Of a stretch of 64,000 bases of DNA, positions 38,657 to 51,897 are shown piece by piece. The position numbers were made by a program, and so were the translations under genes. This stretch comes from Felis catus (Eukaryota): contig NC_058368.1 of assembly GCF_018350175.1 (NCBI RefSeq), forward strand, positions 216,506,001 through 216,570,000. Direction: 5' to 3'. A model generated the notes under the pieces. The model did no database searches. It had not been told where the DNA came from and saw nothing but the letters and a program-made list of their open reading frames with translations. How positions within the stretch are numbered: position 1 is the first letter of the stretch; each line of letters starts with the position of its first letter.

Positions 38657-38888
38657 TTTTTTTTTTTTTTTAATTTTTTTTCAACGTTTTTTTATTTATT
38701 TTTGGGACAGAGAGAGACGGAGCATGAACGGGGGAGGGGCAGAGAGAGAGGGAGACACAGAATCGGAAACAGGCTCCAGGCTCTGAGCCATCAACCCAGA
38801 GCCTGATGCGGGGCTCGAACTCACGGACCGCGAGATCGTGACCTGGCTGAAGTCGGACGCTTAACCGACTGCGCCACCCAGGTGCCCC
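38657..38888 (-). mobile_element. Young SINEC_Fc-type SINE
   Basis: Perfect 16-bp TSD GTGAATGCTTATGTTT at 38644 and 38891. Confidence 0.97.
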
Positions 38889-40470
38889 AAGTGAATGCTT
38901 ATGTTTGAATATGCTTGTGTTTGCCCCTGATGTAGTTGCTGTTAAATATTACTTTTTCTATTCCCATATTTGCGTTGAATTTCACCTGTTGCACTGATAA
39001 ACATGATCAGGTATTCGAGGTAGCATTGACTTTACCCCTTAGGGAGCGCCTGTGAGGACCTAACAGTTGGAACTGTCCTCATATTTATCCTGCTGAGGCA
39101 AGAGCTTGTTTTCTTTTTTTAAATAAGGTACTATTCATTTTATAAATTATTTAATTTTAAAAATGGGGAAAGCAGTAAATTCCCTCAATTACAGAGGTTG
39201 AGACAGCTTGTGGAGAGAGAGCTGTGACATTCTAGGGCAGCACCAGGAAACTGCTTTACCTAGAAATGACATTTGTTTACTTTCAGTGGCTATCCTAGGT
39301 GTTGAAGCTCTTTCTTCTTTGTCTGTAACCCTCCCCTCCAATTCCACTCCTCATTGACAGCTGAGTCATCTCTACTTGGGTCTAGATTCAAGGCCAGGCC
39401 AGTGTAGATGGGGCTTCTTTCACTTGTATATGAAAGGATGACGGTTCTTAAAACATTCTGGATTTAACTGAGTATCTAAGAAGACACCACTGGCAGAAAC
39501 TGAGTGTTTGGCCACGGTTCAGGATCTGTATTAGAAAAATGTCCAATAGTCAACCAGATTGCAAGAGCGGATGACTGGTATGCAGGAATTTGGTTCTAGG
39601 AAGTTGGAAAACTTGGAGCACGTGCCTTGGCTTCCTTCTTCTTCACATTCTTCAGTGGCAGTGGCTGTGTCCAGATCAACTGGGATAGAGTTGAAAAACA
39701 TAAAAACAAAGCAATAAGACATGATTAAGAAATGACCAAGTAAAGAAGCACCTGAAATCAACAATAAAAGTGAAGAAGCAACAGGTTTTATCGAATAGAA
39801 TATTGTGATATCTAGTGGATTTGTGGGAGGCTATTCGCTGGGGTTGCATCTCACGGATGTGAGTGTTCTGTCATGGTGGATTCAACTGTGAGAAGAAAAA
39901 ATGGTGGTGACCCAGTCGTGTCCCAACAGTTCAAGCCACCAGATTCTCCAGGGTGAGGAGAAAAAAGCTGGACACGACCAAACTCAAAACTCAGCGTTTT
40001 GCCTTCTGAAGCTTGTCAAAACAACCTAGATGGTGTGTGTCAAATAGTGTCCATGAGCAAAACATGGCTTTCATCATATGTCTAAATTTAGAAATTATTC
40101 TATAAAATTATCTATTTAGAAATTAGCCTATAAAATATCCTCATTGGATGAAGATATGGAAAGACAGAAAATATATTGGGTTTATTCCCCAGTGAAATAC
40201 TACCCTCATTTTATTTAAAGAGGATATTCCTTATTGTGCTTTATAGTATAGCGCCAATAATTAAAAATCTGTATTATAGCTTTGACATTAGAGCTGACAC
40301 ACTTTTTAAAAAATATATTTGCAATAAAAAGAAGAACCATAAGTCCCTTTTGTTGGAGATCTTAGAAAGAATAGAATTATTAAAGATGGTAAGTGATTCT
40401 ACTGATGTAAAATCATAATAATGGGGGGAAATCATTACCATTCCAAATTCTCCAAGTGGATGTACCCCAA

Positions 40471-40549
40471 TTAATTTTTTAATTTTTTTATGTTTATTCA
40501 ATTTTTTGAAAAAGACAGAGTGTGAGTGGGGGAGGGACAGAGAGAGAGA
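40471..40549 (-). mobile_element. 5'-truncated Can-SINE (tail and CT tract only)
   Basis: atgtttattc...gacagagtgtgagtgggggagggacagagagagaga with no head. Confidence 0.75.
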
Positions 40550-40920
40550 TTTTTTTTTTAATTGGTTGTGTACCTAGTGTCATAGTTGGTCTTCATGATG
40601 TGATTATTTCAGCATGTATCTCCCAAATCTTGCCATTCTGTCTCTCTCATGAGACCAGAATGTGATGCTGCCTTTTGTGTTCTCTGCTTCTCAGAACAGA
40701 AAACATTAGCAAAGAACAGACAAGGTGGCTCTAGTTTTAATTATTTTATTTTTTAAATTTATTATTGAAGAACAATTTATACACAATGTTATATTAGTTT
40801 CAGGTGTGCAACATAGAGATTGAACAATTCTATACTTTACTCAATGCTCACAAGTGTAGTCACCATCTGTCACCATACAACATTATCACGACATTATTGA
40901 CTGTATTTCCTATGCTGTAT

Positions 40921-41141
40921 TTTTAAATTTTTTTTTAATGTTTATCGATTTTTGACAGAAAGAGAGAGAGAGAGCTTGAGTGGAGGAGGGGCAAAGAGAG
41001 AGGGAGACACACATTCTGAAGCAGGCTCCAGGCTCTGAGCTGTCAGCACAGAGCCCGACGTGGGGCTCGAACTCACAGACCACAAGATCATGACCTGAGC
41101 CAAAGTCGGAGGCTTAACTGACTGAGCCAGCCAGGCATCCC
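40921..41141 (-). mobile_element. Can-SINE nested in L1
   Basis: TSD TCCTATGCTGTATTTTT at 40908 and 41142. Confidence 0.95.
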
Positions 41142-41505
41142 TCCTATGCTGTATTTTTTATCTTCATGATTTACTTATTTTGTAAAGTTTGTACTTCGTT
41201 TGGCCACGGTTCAGGATCTGTATTAGAAAAATGGAAGTTTGTACTTCTTAATTCCCTCAACGATTTCACCCATCCCCCCCCCCCCACCTCCTCTCTGGCA
41301 ACCACCATTTTGTTCTCTGTATTTAAGAGTCTGTTTTTTGTTTGCTTATTTGTTTGTTTTGTTTTTTAGATTCCACAAAAAAGTGAAGTCATATGGTATT
41401 TGTCTTTTCCTGTCTGATTTATTTCACTTAGCATAGTACCCTCTATGTTCATCCATGCTATTGCAAACAGCAAAATCTCATTTTTTTAATAGTTGAGCAA
41501 CATTC

Positions 41506-41545
<40 letters not shown>

Positions 41546-42372
41546 ATGTGCATGTGTGTATGTGTGTGTGTGTATTTCACATCTTTCTTATCCTTTCATC
41601 TATCAATGGATACTTGGTTGCTGCCATACATTGGCTATTATAAATTATGCTACAGTAAACATAGAGGTACATATGTCTTTTCAAATTAGGATTTTCATTT
41701 TCTTTTGTTAAGTACCCCATAGTGGAATTACTGGATCATACAATATTTTAATTTTTAATTTTTTGAGGGACCTCCACACTGTTTTCCACAGTTGTTGTAC
41801 CAATGTACACTTCTATCAACAGTGCACAAGGGTTCCTTTTCCTCCACATGCTCACCAACACTTGTTATTTTTTGTCTTGTAATACAAGCCATTCTGACAG
41901 ATATGAAGTCATAGCTCATGGTGGTTTTGATTTACATTTCCCTAATGAGTGACATTGATCATCTTCTTATGTGTCTGTTGGCCATCTGGATGTCTTCTTT
42001 CGAAAATGGCAATTCAGGTTCTTGGCCCAGTTTTTAATTGGATTGTTTATGTTTTGGTGTTGAGTTGTATAAATTATTTATATATTTTGGATATTAAACC
42101 CATCTCATGTACTAATATCTTCTCTTATCCAGTAGGTTGCCTTTCTGTTTCGTTGATGGTTTCCTTTGCTGTGCAGAAGCTTTTTATTTTTAAGTAATCC
42201 CAATAGTTTATGTTTGCTTTTGTTTACCTTGCCTGAGGCGACATATGCATAAATATGTTGCTAAGGTCAAAGTCCAAGAGATTACTGCCTACATTTTCTT
42301 TGAAGAATTTTATGGTTTCAGGTCTCACACTTAGGTCTTTAATCCATTTGAGTTGGCCCAGTTTCATTCTTT

Positions 42373-42585
42373 AAAAAAAAAATTGCTTTTATTTATTTTT
42401 AAGAGAAAGAGAGAGAGAGTGCAAGCAAGGGAGGGCAAAGAGAGAGGGAGGCACAGAATCTGAAGCAGGCTTCAGGCTCTGAGCTGTCAGCACAGAGCCC
42501 AAAGTGGGGCTCAAACTCATGGAGCTGTGAAATCATGACCTGAGCTGAAGTCAGACACTTAACTGACTGAGCCACCCAGGCGCCC
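42373..42585 (-). mobile_element. Can-SINE nested in L1
   Basis: 19-bp TSD TGGCCCAGTTTCATTCTTT at 42354 and 42586. Confidence 0.95.
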
Positions 42586-43299
42586 TGGCCCAGTTTCATT
42601 CTTTTGCATGTAGCTGTCCAGGCTTTTCAGCACCACTTATTGAAAATTGAAAATTGAAAATTGACCAATTGAAATTGGTCATGGATTATATAGGTGTGGG
42701 TTTATTTCTTGACTCTTTTTCTATTGATCTATATGCATCTATTTTTGTGCCAGTACCATACTGTTTTGATTTTAATAGCTTTGTAGTATCTTGAAATCTA
42801 GAAAGATAGCTGCACTTTTAATCCATTCTAAACCACAGTTTATCCTTAAAGAAGAATATCTTAAAGAACTGCTTTTTTTTGGGGGGGAGTATTAAATGGA
42901 TTGTAATGAGCTCTGAATGTAGACAACTGAATTTTATAGTTATGTTTTGAACAGACTTTGAATATCATATCAGACAGCTTACAGATTACATTGTACAGAT
43001 ATTGAGGGCATTGATTATTCATTAAAAACAATCCTATGCAAATACAAGAATAGTAACAGGACATCCATTTTAATTCAATCCTTTGTAAGAAAAAGGTAAG
43101 AGCATATAGGGTGTACCTAACAGATATTAGGGACATAATTCAAACAGATTAGAGTATTTGTGCTAATTAAGGATATAATGCCACACTAGCAATTGAGAAA
43201 TCTTAACAAGTTAGGTCAAAGTTATTATGATTATTTTGTAGTGCCAGCCTGAGAATACGCTAGGAAGTATATCCCAAACTTTCTTGAGGATAAATGTCA

Positions 43300-43445
43300 C
43301 CAGTCTAGATAGTTAACTATATTGATTACCAGGCATCTGCTCCAAGGAGTCCTTATTCAGTAGGTTGTGTTGAGACATAATTATCTATAGTTTACTAAGC
43401 ACCCCATGGGACTCATCAGGCAAGCTTGAAAATCGCCAAAGCTAG
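43300..43445. mobile_element. MER5-like hAT DNA transposon relic
   Basis: attcagtaggtt...actaagcacccca...aagcttgaaaatcgc resembles a MER5 arm. Confidence 0.45.
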
Positions 43446-43684
43446 AGAAGGTCCATGACCTTGGTGCACCCTGAATCTTAAAATCTGGCTTACTTGTACT
43501 CAGTTTGTGTAGCAGGTTATAATTGCTAACATCGCTTAAACTATTTTATCAGTCCTCAATCACCTGGTCCTATTTGTGAACGACACCTATGTGAAATATT
43601 TGATATGTGCATCATCTACTCTTTACTTGGACTTAAGAATGCACATGTGAAAAAAAAAGGAATAAAGAAAAAGATAAATGCGCA

Positions 43685-43875
43685 TGCATTCTCCAACTTA
43701 ATGTGCATAACAACCACTTGGACAAATCATTAAAATCCAGACTCACGCTCTACCGCATAAATTTTGATTCATTTGGTCTCTGGTGGGACCTAGGAATTCA
43801 CATTTGAAGAAAACACACCTGCTGATTCTGATTAAAGTGTTGTAAAGATTGCATATTGAGGAATCCCACTGTAGA
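43685..43875. mobile_element. MER5A-like hAT DNA transposon relic
   Basis: ttctccaactt..gtgcata...tgattcatttggtct..ggtgggacctaggaatt...ctgattctgat...tgaggaatcccactg. Confidence 0.65.
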
Positions 43876-46800
43876 CAACTCATAAAATCACTGTAACTAC
43901 TAGAACTGCATCATACTAGAATGCTCACCTAAATCTAGGCAAACAGTATAGAAATGTCTCTGTTTTGGGGGGTTCTTATCAGCTGCCAACTTATTACCCA
44001 GATTTACTATAAACGATATACTTGAATGTCATAGGACAGTATCTTTATTAATAGGAATTATTTTGAGATTCGGTCTATTAAAAAAAAGAGCACTAGGAAA
44101 GAACTGGTAGGTGAATTAATGAAAACAAAATTTGTACTTTTTGTGACTCAGATGAACTTTTTTTTTTAATGGTCAAGCTAAAAAGATAAAGTTTGCAACT
44201 GCAATTATACTCTTCACCTATGTATCAGAAACTCTACAAACAGACTGAGGTTGTTTCCCTACAGGAAATCTTGAAATTTTGGAATTCACATTTTTAGCAG
44301 GTATAATATAACTTTCATTATTATGAACAAGATAGAGATTTATGTGATTTATGTGAGAATTCAAATGTTTCCGATTTATTTTACAATGTTATGTACATGT
44401 TTTAAGACAGTTGAATTACTATGTTTTCACTAATGATTTGAATAAAATTTTGCATGAATGTGTTATGATATTTCTGGATCTCATTAAATATTTGCAAGAT
44501 ATTGTTTTGGAACCATCTCAATTGCCATAATTCTAAAAAACACTGAATGCAGCTTACCTTGTCAAATTTGTATTTTGAGGTATTTTAAGTATTTAATCTT
44601 AGGTATTAAGGTTGATCAAAATTTGCACATGTCTGATTTGCAGAAAAATGGAACTGTCAGTCTTATAGTAATTAAACTAATGAATCAACAAATATATTAA
44701 CCAGTGAACTATGGATTTTTTTACATTAGTATATTAGTATTATAAATTAGGTAAAATTTGTTAATGTGATCATTTCTTTTTTTTAATTTTAGAAAATATA
44801 GTCCAACTTAATGAAGAATAATAACACTGGCTTTTTCAGAGAGTTATTACTACAATGCAATCAACAAAATATATTAACAATTTGGATAAACAGTGCTTTG
44901 TGTGTGTGTATGTATACATATGTGCATGGTTTTAATTATAATATTAGTGTTTTAAATACCCTTTAATTTGTCTGTGTGAGCAAGTTTTGATTTCCATTTT
45001 CATCAGAGAGCATTGTTAATTCTACCATGCCATTGATCATCTATGCTTGATTTCCTAGATAATTATTTTACGCAGAAGTCATGTTCCTCTTTTTCCAGGT
45101 TGAGTTTCCTCATTAATGTCATGTGTAAAAAAAGTATCTTGATGAAGAAAAGGAGAAAGACTGAACAGTCTAACCTTAAATTCAGAGAGATGTCTTCACA
45201 TCTTCCTCCTTGACATCAAAATGGCAGGCATTTTAACAAATATTTTAAAACTTGAGCTTTTTATTTGATTGAGACTAGTATGTAAGAAACCAAGAACTCT
45301 ATAGCTGTTTACCTGAAAACATCAAAGTTGATATAATTTTTCAAAAAGCATCATATCTTAATTTACTTTTCACATATCATTGCCATGGTCGAATGCTCTC
45401 TTTCCTTTAGAAAAGAACATAAGCTTTCTTTTGTGAATATTACTTTTACTTTATATTATTTTATAAGTAATGGCCTTGAATATCAAAGAATTAGTACGTT
45501 TATAATAATAATGCCTGAAAGACAGATACGAATCACAACTTGTGAGAGCTTAAAGACAAATGATTCTATTTATTTATAAAATATAAAATTGAAAAGTAAT
45601 AGTTATACTATTAAAGTGTGGTATGAACTGTGTTTGAAAATTTCAGTCATAGACCTGAGTTCCATCTACTATCAGAGAACATACCTGCTAGGTACGGTTT
45701 CAATTCTAGGAAATCATTCTAGATACTTATTTGTCCAGGGGATTAGTTAATCAAATGTCCCTAACCTATTTAAATTTGTCATCTCAATTGAAGACAGGTC
45801 TCAAGAAAGTGAATTGGTGGAATCCAAAATCATGGACACACTTCGTGGCTGTCCTATTCTTGGAAGCTAAAAGGTAATTACAAATCACAGAGGACGCAGT
45901 GGCTCGAAGGGGTCAGGTTAGAAAGACAAGGAGAAAAAATTATGGTCTAATTTAAAAAAGAAGAAGATGTGTGTTTAAACCCAATTGAGTTATTTAATGA
46001 GTAGATTTAGAGAAAGGATGGTACCCTGTCATATCACTTCAGCATACTGAATGGCTCAAGGGGAAAACGTTGCAAGGAAGCCTTAATTAATTTCCTTCAT
46101 CTAATCCTCTGTTAACACTGAACAAGCCTCTGTCACATGCATCATATGAATTCCAAGGACAAAGTGAAAGCCATTTAAAAGTAGTCATGTCCCAATAAGG
46201 TTATTAAGAGACCATTTCCAGGTTCTTCATTAAAGTTAATGCATTTAACACGAATGCCATTTAAAAAACATATTACAGTCTGGCAATTTCGTAAGATATT
46301 GATTGCTTTGGTGGGTCCTTCTATACTAACTTATTATATTTTTAAGTAACTTACTGAGGCGAAAGTCCAGGTTATTTAGTCCTAGCTTGTTGTGAAAGAT
46401 TGAGACTCCTGCAACAGCTTTAAATAGCAATAGCTCAAGCCTTTGGGTCTATCCGTTTCTATATCTAAAATTGAGTGCCAGCCTTAGAGCTTTTGTGTTT
46501 TATCTAGAGCTTTTCTCTCTCAGGGTCACACAGAGGGGTAGGAGATTAATGAGGTGACATATTAAAAAGTTTTATGAGTGATAAATATTATCCCTATTTT
46601 TCTGTAGGAAGAAATGGAGTCATATGTAGGTTAAGTAACCATTAAAAGTGTTATTCTTTAAAAGGATCCATTTATGCTGCATTTAACTGCATCCCAAGCA
46701 CTTATTCCCTGCTACTTTTCTTAACTGTCACTTTGAATGCCAAAGGTGGGGTGAGGGGAGGTATCATGTATAAAAATATGCAAATTTTGAATCACTCAAA

Positions 46801-47088
46801 CTATCTTTTCAAATATAGATCAATATATCAAGTTTAATGCTAAAAGAATAGGTTGCTTACTTTCTGCCAAAAAGCTTCTTTTACTATCATTTCCTTTAAT
46901 GTAATTGGGGGTGGGGGGTGGGGGTGCTGGAGAAAAAGAGGTAAATTTGCATATAGCCCTTCAGTAAACTTACTTCCTCAACCTCTAATACACTGTCCAC
47001 TCTCCAAAGACCTTGTTGAAGAGTGGTTGTAGAATGCCTCCACACTGAAGTTTGTAGAGAGTTTTGAAGGGAATGACAGTCTCTCTCA

Positions 47089-47091
47089 TTT

Positions 47092-47135
<44 letters not shown>

Positions 47136-47137
47136 TC
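47089..47137. repeat. (TTTC)n microsatellite
   Basis: Directly visible. Confidence 0.95.
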
Positions 47138-48299
47138 CTGGTCAAAATGCAGCTTAATTCAGCACTGAGACTACAATAGCTTGTTCTGTAAGGTGGTCTT
47201 GCAACATTTTCAGCATAACAGTGATAAAGTATCATTTTAATTATTAATTTCTCCATTAAGATTTGAAAGAAGGCATTTTCAGCCTAATGGGTAGAATGGG
47301 AAAATATCTTTGAGTGTACTTGGAAGGGAAGTGAGGAAGTAAAACAAAATGAAGTAAAATAAATAAAAGGTATTAATGGAATAAAATTTAATTAGTAAGT
47401 TATATAGTGTTAAGCACAGCAAAACATACTAAATGAAATGAAAATGAATATAAATGGCTAAAGAGAAAACTTCATAGATTTATGCATCAGTAGAAATAAA
47501 GGGTGAGATAAAGAACATAGAATTTTTTTATTTGTGTACATTAAAAATATTAATGCACAATTTTATACATTAAAAACATTAAAAACCCGTTGATAGCAGG
47601 TAAGCTATTCATTTTTAGACCTCCAATGTGAGTGGTAGTAGCTGTTTTGATGTCCCCAAGTCTTTCAGCAGTGAATTTCAAATTTCCCCTCTCTATGTAT
47701 TGAAGACACAGGTAACGAATATTTTAAAAAACTAACTCAAATGACAAATAAGAAGAAATGGAGAAGGAAGAGAGTGGAGATGGAGGAAGAAGAAGAAAGT
47801 ACAAAGAAAAATGCATTAATTAATATCAACAGAAATAAATGATCAAGAGAAAGTACGCTTTATGTACAAGAGTGTCTGGCCTCCTTTCTGGCAATCTATT
47901 TTCTTATTTCGTCAACCTATTTTCTTTTATTTTCTTATTTAAATAGCTCTGTATTTCCCCCCTACTTTCCGTATGCATGGGAACCATCCAAACTTCCCAC
48001 ATTTCCAGGATCTTACTGAAACAAGTTCACATCTGGAAAACATAAGTTTCCTACTCTGTTTTAAGTAGAACCAAACATGCCTTTGACTATGCCACAGGGA
48101 AGTAAAACACAATGCAGGGTAAGCTACAGTTGGAAGAAAGAAAACACGTTCCAGAGCTAGCTAAGCCTCAGGAGTTTAGGAGGTCCCTAAAAATGACAGT
48201 TCAACATGAACAGAATATAATGAGAGAGGAAGAGAATGTTTAAAGGGTAGAAAGTGAATTTTGTCAAGAAAAATCTGAAAATATTCTTAATGTTGGATT

Positions 48300-48870
48300 G
48301 TGTTAAATAGGAATAAGAAACTCCGGAAATACTTTGCACAGGATAACAGTATGATAAATTTGTGTTTGTATAAATTGTTTCCTTTGCAGTGTGAATGCTG
48401 TACTAGAGACTAAAAAATTAAAAAAAATTTAAAAAAAATTAAATAAATAAAAAAGATATTCAGATCAACCAATCAGGGTTGCTTCAGCAATTAAACAGAG
48501 ATAGTGGCAGTTTGAAGGCGACAGTATAGAGAAAATAAATGAGGAAAGAGGTAGAATCAAGATTTCTTGTGGTCTGTGAGTGATGGGCAGAGATATCAAG
48601 ATGCTTGCATGATAACTGAGTGAATGTAAATCTCATTTGCTAAGAAAAGGACTCTGGAAGAGAAGTTTTGATGGAATGGTATCATAAGTTAAGTTTGGGA
48701 CATTTGTAATTTGAGTAGAGCTGTCCAATTGTCTGCTAGATATATTAAAGTAATAAAAATAAGAGAATTCAAGGCTAAGACACAAGTGAGTAAAATTGAC
48801 CCAACTATTTTGGAAAACTGTTGGTATGTTACTAAAGCTGAACAATAGGATTCCATATGACTCAACAAGT
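48300..48870 (-). mobile_element. Highly diverged L2 fragments
   Basis: Purine-rich, with gttaagtttgggacatttg...gagtagagctgtcc...gctagatata resembling reversed L2. Confidence 0.45.
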
Positions 48871-48903
48871 CCATTCTTAGTAGTCCATATATAGAAACAC
48901 CTT

Positions 48904-49128
48904 GGGCACCTGGGTGACTCAGTTGGTTAAGCATCTGATTTCGGCTCAGGTCATGATCTCATGATTCGTGAGTTTGGGTCCCCCATCTGTTTCTGTGCTG
49001 ACAGCTCAGAGCCTGGAGCCTGCTTCAGATTCGGTCTCCCTCTCTCTGCCCCTACCCTGCTCGTGCTTTGTCTCTCTCAGTCTCTTCAAATAAATAAATA
49101 AATAAATAAATGTTTAAAAAAATTTTTT
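48904..49128 (+). mobile_element. Can-SINE
   Basis: TSD AGAAA(C/T)ACCT. Confidence 0.93.
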
Positions 49129-49129
49129 T

Positions 49130-49320
49130 AAAGAAATACCTATATTTATCTACCTAAAAACATACACAGAACTATTGACATCAAGACTGCATATCATAGC
49201 CAAAAGGAAAAAAAAAAGAAAAAAAAACAACTCAAATGCCCATCAACAATAGAATAGAGACACAAATTGAGGTATAGCCACACAATGAAACGATAAGGAG
49301 TAAACTAGGTCTACAAACAA
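49130..49320 (+). mobile_element. Old L1M 3' fragment
   Basis: caactcaaatgcccatcaacaatagaatag...aaattgaggtatagccacacaatg. Confidence 0.6.
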
Positions 49321-50105
49321 TAGTTCAGAGTCCAAAAATGATTTTTTTTTCTTTCTGGTAAATTCGTCTTTCTTACTACTCTTACTATTATTTTGCCTGC
49401 GGGGCTTCAAGACCCTTTCTTCAAAAAGTCCAGTAGTTTCACTTTGGATATATCTTCGTGTTGATTATTATGACTACATTTACTCTATAACTTCAGATAT
49501 TTCCCTATTTTCATAGTTCTTCTATTTTTCTTTGAAGTGTTTCTAGTTTTCATTTGTTACTTTCTTTCTTCAGCGACAAATATTATGCATGTTAGATATC
49601 TTTTTATACCACATGTCATTCATAATAATACATAAATCTTTATCTTACTCAGCTTTTTAGTGTTTATTTCCTCATGCCATTCCTCTGTTTTCAGTCCATT
49701 TTTTGCAGCTTCCAAAGTCCAGTGTATTTACTTTTCTTTTCCTTTCTTTTAATTTTTATCCCTGAGTTTAGTCAGGACACTTTTATTGGCTTCTGTCGTC
49801 TTATCACTTCTCAAATGTGTTGCATGTCCCATTAGGTTGCCTCTTTCAAAGAAAAACATTTTTTTAAATCTCTTTTATAGCATTGAAAAAAAATGGATAA
49901 GCATCAGATTGTTTACTTACTGATTCAATATTATTAGTGTGCTTTTGTTTCTGTATTTGGGGGGATAATCTATTCTCTTTATTAGTTTTAGCTTTTTATT
50001 ATATTTTATAAATATCTATGAACATGCTTATAATTGTCAGAGTGTTTTTCTAGAATAGCTATTTGCTGGTAATTTTTTCGTGGGAGGTTTAAAAAAGTCA
50101 GGTTG

Positions 50106-50292
50106 ACAAGATACAGACTCATAACTATAGAGGACAAACATGGTTACCAGAAGGGAGGTGAGTAGGGGGATGGTGAAATTTGTGATGAGCACCAGTTGTT
50201 TTAGGGAAGTGTTGAATCACTAGATTGTATACCCAAAACTATATTACACTCCACTGTATGTTTACCTAACTGGAATTTAAATAAAAATTTTT
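50106..50292 (+). mobile_element. Short 5'-truncated carnivore L1 3' end
   Basis: gtgatgagcacc...gaagtgttgaatcact...taactggaatttaaataaaa. TSD AAAAAGT(C/T)AGGTTG. Confidence 0.88.
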
Positions 50293-50847
50293 AAAAAGTT
50301 AGGTTGGGCAATAGACCTCCTGGACTTAAGAGACGTTTTGGTAAGGAATTTGGCCTTTACACTAAAGATACTTGAAAATGTTTTAATAATGGAGTTAGAT
50401 GAACATTTGGTTTTAGTTTTATCATTTGAATTCAATATAGAATATTGACTGAGAAGAAGAAGCAAGTACATTACCCTTGAGCTCCATGACATATTCATTG
50501 TGAGAACTGAGGTTCTGAATTAAAGCACTAATACTTGTGATGGTTAATGGGAAGAACTTTTATTAATTTTTGATGTGTACAGATAAGGAGGACCAGTTTG
50601 ACTAGTCTGTGAAGATATGGGGATAAAGCTAGTTTGGAAGGAAACTAGCCTGTTTAATTTTGCAAATGATTTATTTGAAGACATCATATGATATACTTAT
50701 TGGTGGCAACATGGAGTGAGTAGTAAGTAAAGCATATTGTTATGGGCATCAGTATCATAATAGGTATGGGAATCTGGAGAGGATTCTCAGATAATAGCAA
50801 AAACCACAAGTGTGTAAGAGATTGCTCAAAGTGAGATATATGTATGT

Positions 50848-50918
50848 GTAGATAGATAGATAGATAGATAGATGACAGATACATGATAGGTAGATAGATA
50901 GATAGATAATAGATGATT

Positions 50919-50953
<35 letters not shown>

Positions 50954-51048
50954 ATAGATGATAATGATAGATAATAGATAGATGATAGATAGATAGATGA
51001 TAGATGGATAGATAATGGATAGATGATAGATACATAGATAGATAGATA
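50848..51048. repeat. Imperfect (GATA)n microsatellite
   Basis: Directly visible. Confidence 0.95.
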
Positions 51049-51897
51049 CACACACAGACCTTATTCACAAATAAACATGCCCATGTACTTAACACCCAGA
51101 TCAAGAAAGAAAATCATGCACTATATTCTACAAACTGGGTCTCTATTCATTTAGTCAACACTGTTTGAGAAATTTATCCATAATTTATATAATTTTTAGA
51201 TAGTTCATTCACACTGTACATAGTATTTCATTGTGTAAATAGTCTATAATTAATCAAATCTAGCATTGTGGTACGAGGACATCAATATTTTTAAGGTATA
51301 ACAGAACTGTTGAATGTGTAAAGATACAGAAAGTGACATTGCTTAGTGACTCAGGTGAACCATGACAAAAATTCAGTCGACAAAAGAGTATGGAGAATGT
51401 GAAATGTATTAATAATCTCAGGTAAAATGGGTGTCAGATAAAACAAGGATTGTAAAGTTTCCATCACATTTGGCGATGATTGACAATATTGTTTAAAGCT
51501 GTTCAATAGAGATAGATGCAGAGGATTGAAAAGTCTGAAAGTAGTATTTGAATGACAGGAGGCAGAATATAGAGACTGTCGTTTTATGACAAACATTAAT
51601 AATTAAATATATCATGCGGTAGTCCCAGGAATACATAGGTTTGAGAATAGCTTTGTTGTTGCTAACTTATTTTTTCCTTACTGTGGGAAATACACATTTT
51701 TATATGTATAAAGAAAAGAGTGACTACTAAGAGAACTAAGATTGTAAAAGGGGGGAAAGTCCTAAACACAGGGCAACATGTCAATACTGAAACAGGCAGG
51801 AGGGGATAGAATCCAATGCAGAGACAATTGATGAAAGTTTACATAAGAAATGAGCACCCATCCTTTGGAAGTGTGGAAAAAGAAGCATGGAGTTGAT

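Larger units (their letters stand above)
40735..42803 (-). mobile_element. L1MA9/carnivore-type LINE-1 3' portion, with two nested SINEs and (GT)n at 41508-41573
   Basis: Reversed 3' end (atattagtttcaggtgtgcaacatag) and antisense ORF2 (ggtttcctttgctgtgcagaagctttt; gccagtaccatactgttttgat). Confidence 0.92.

Noticed and set aside
40455..40575. Inverted CCAATTAA/TTAATTGG flanking the truncated SINE
   Set aside because: Only 8 bp in AT-rich sequence, compatible with chance.
44240..44310. 36-nt exon-like segment (CCCTACAG...CAG/GTATAA)
   Set aside because: Weak donor and pyrimidine tract, stops in two frames, and an unrecognised peptide in the third.
50684..51104. Three overlapping minus-strand ORFs of 92-123 aa
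   Set aside because: Products of the (TATC)n repeat.
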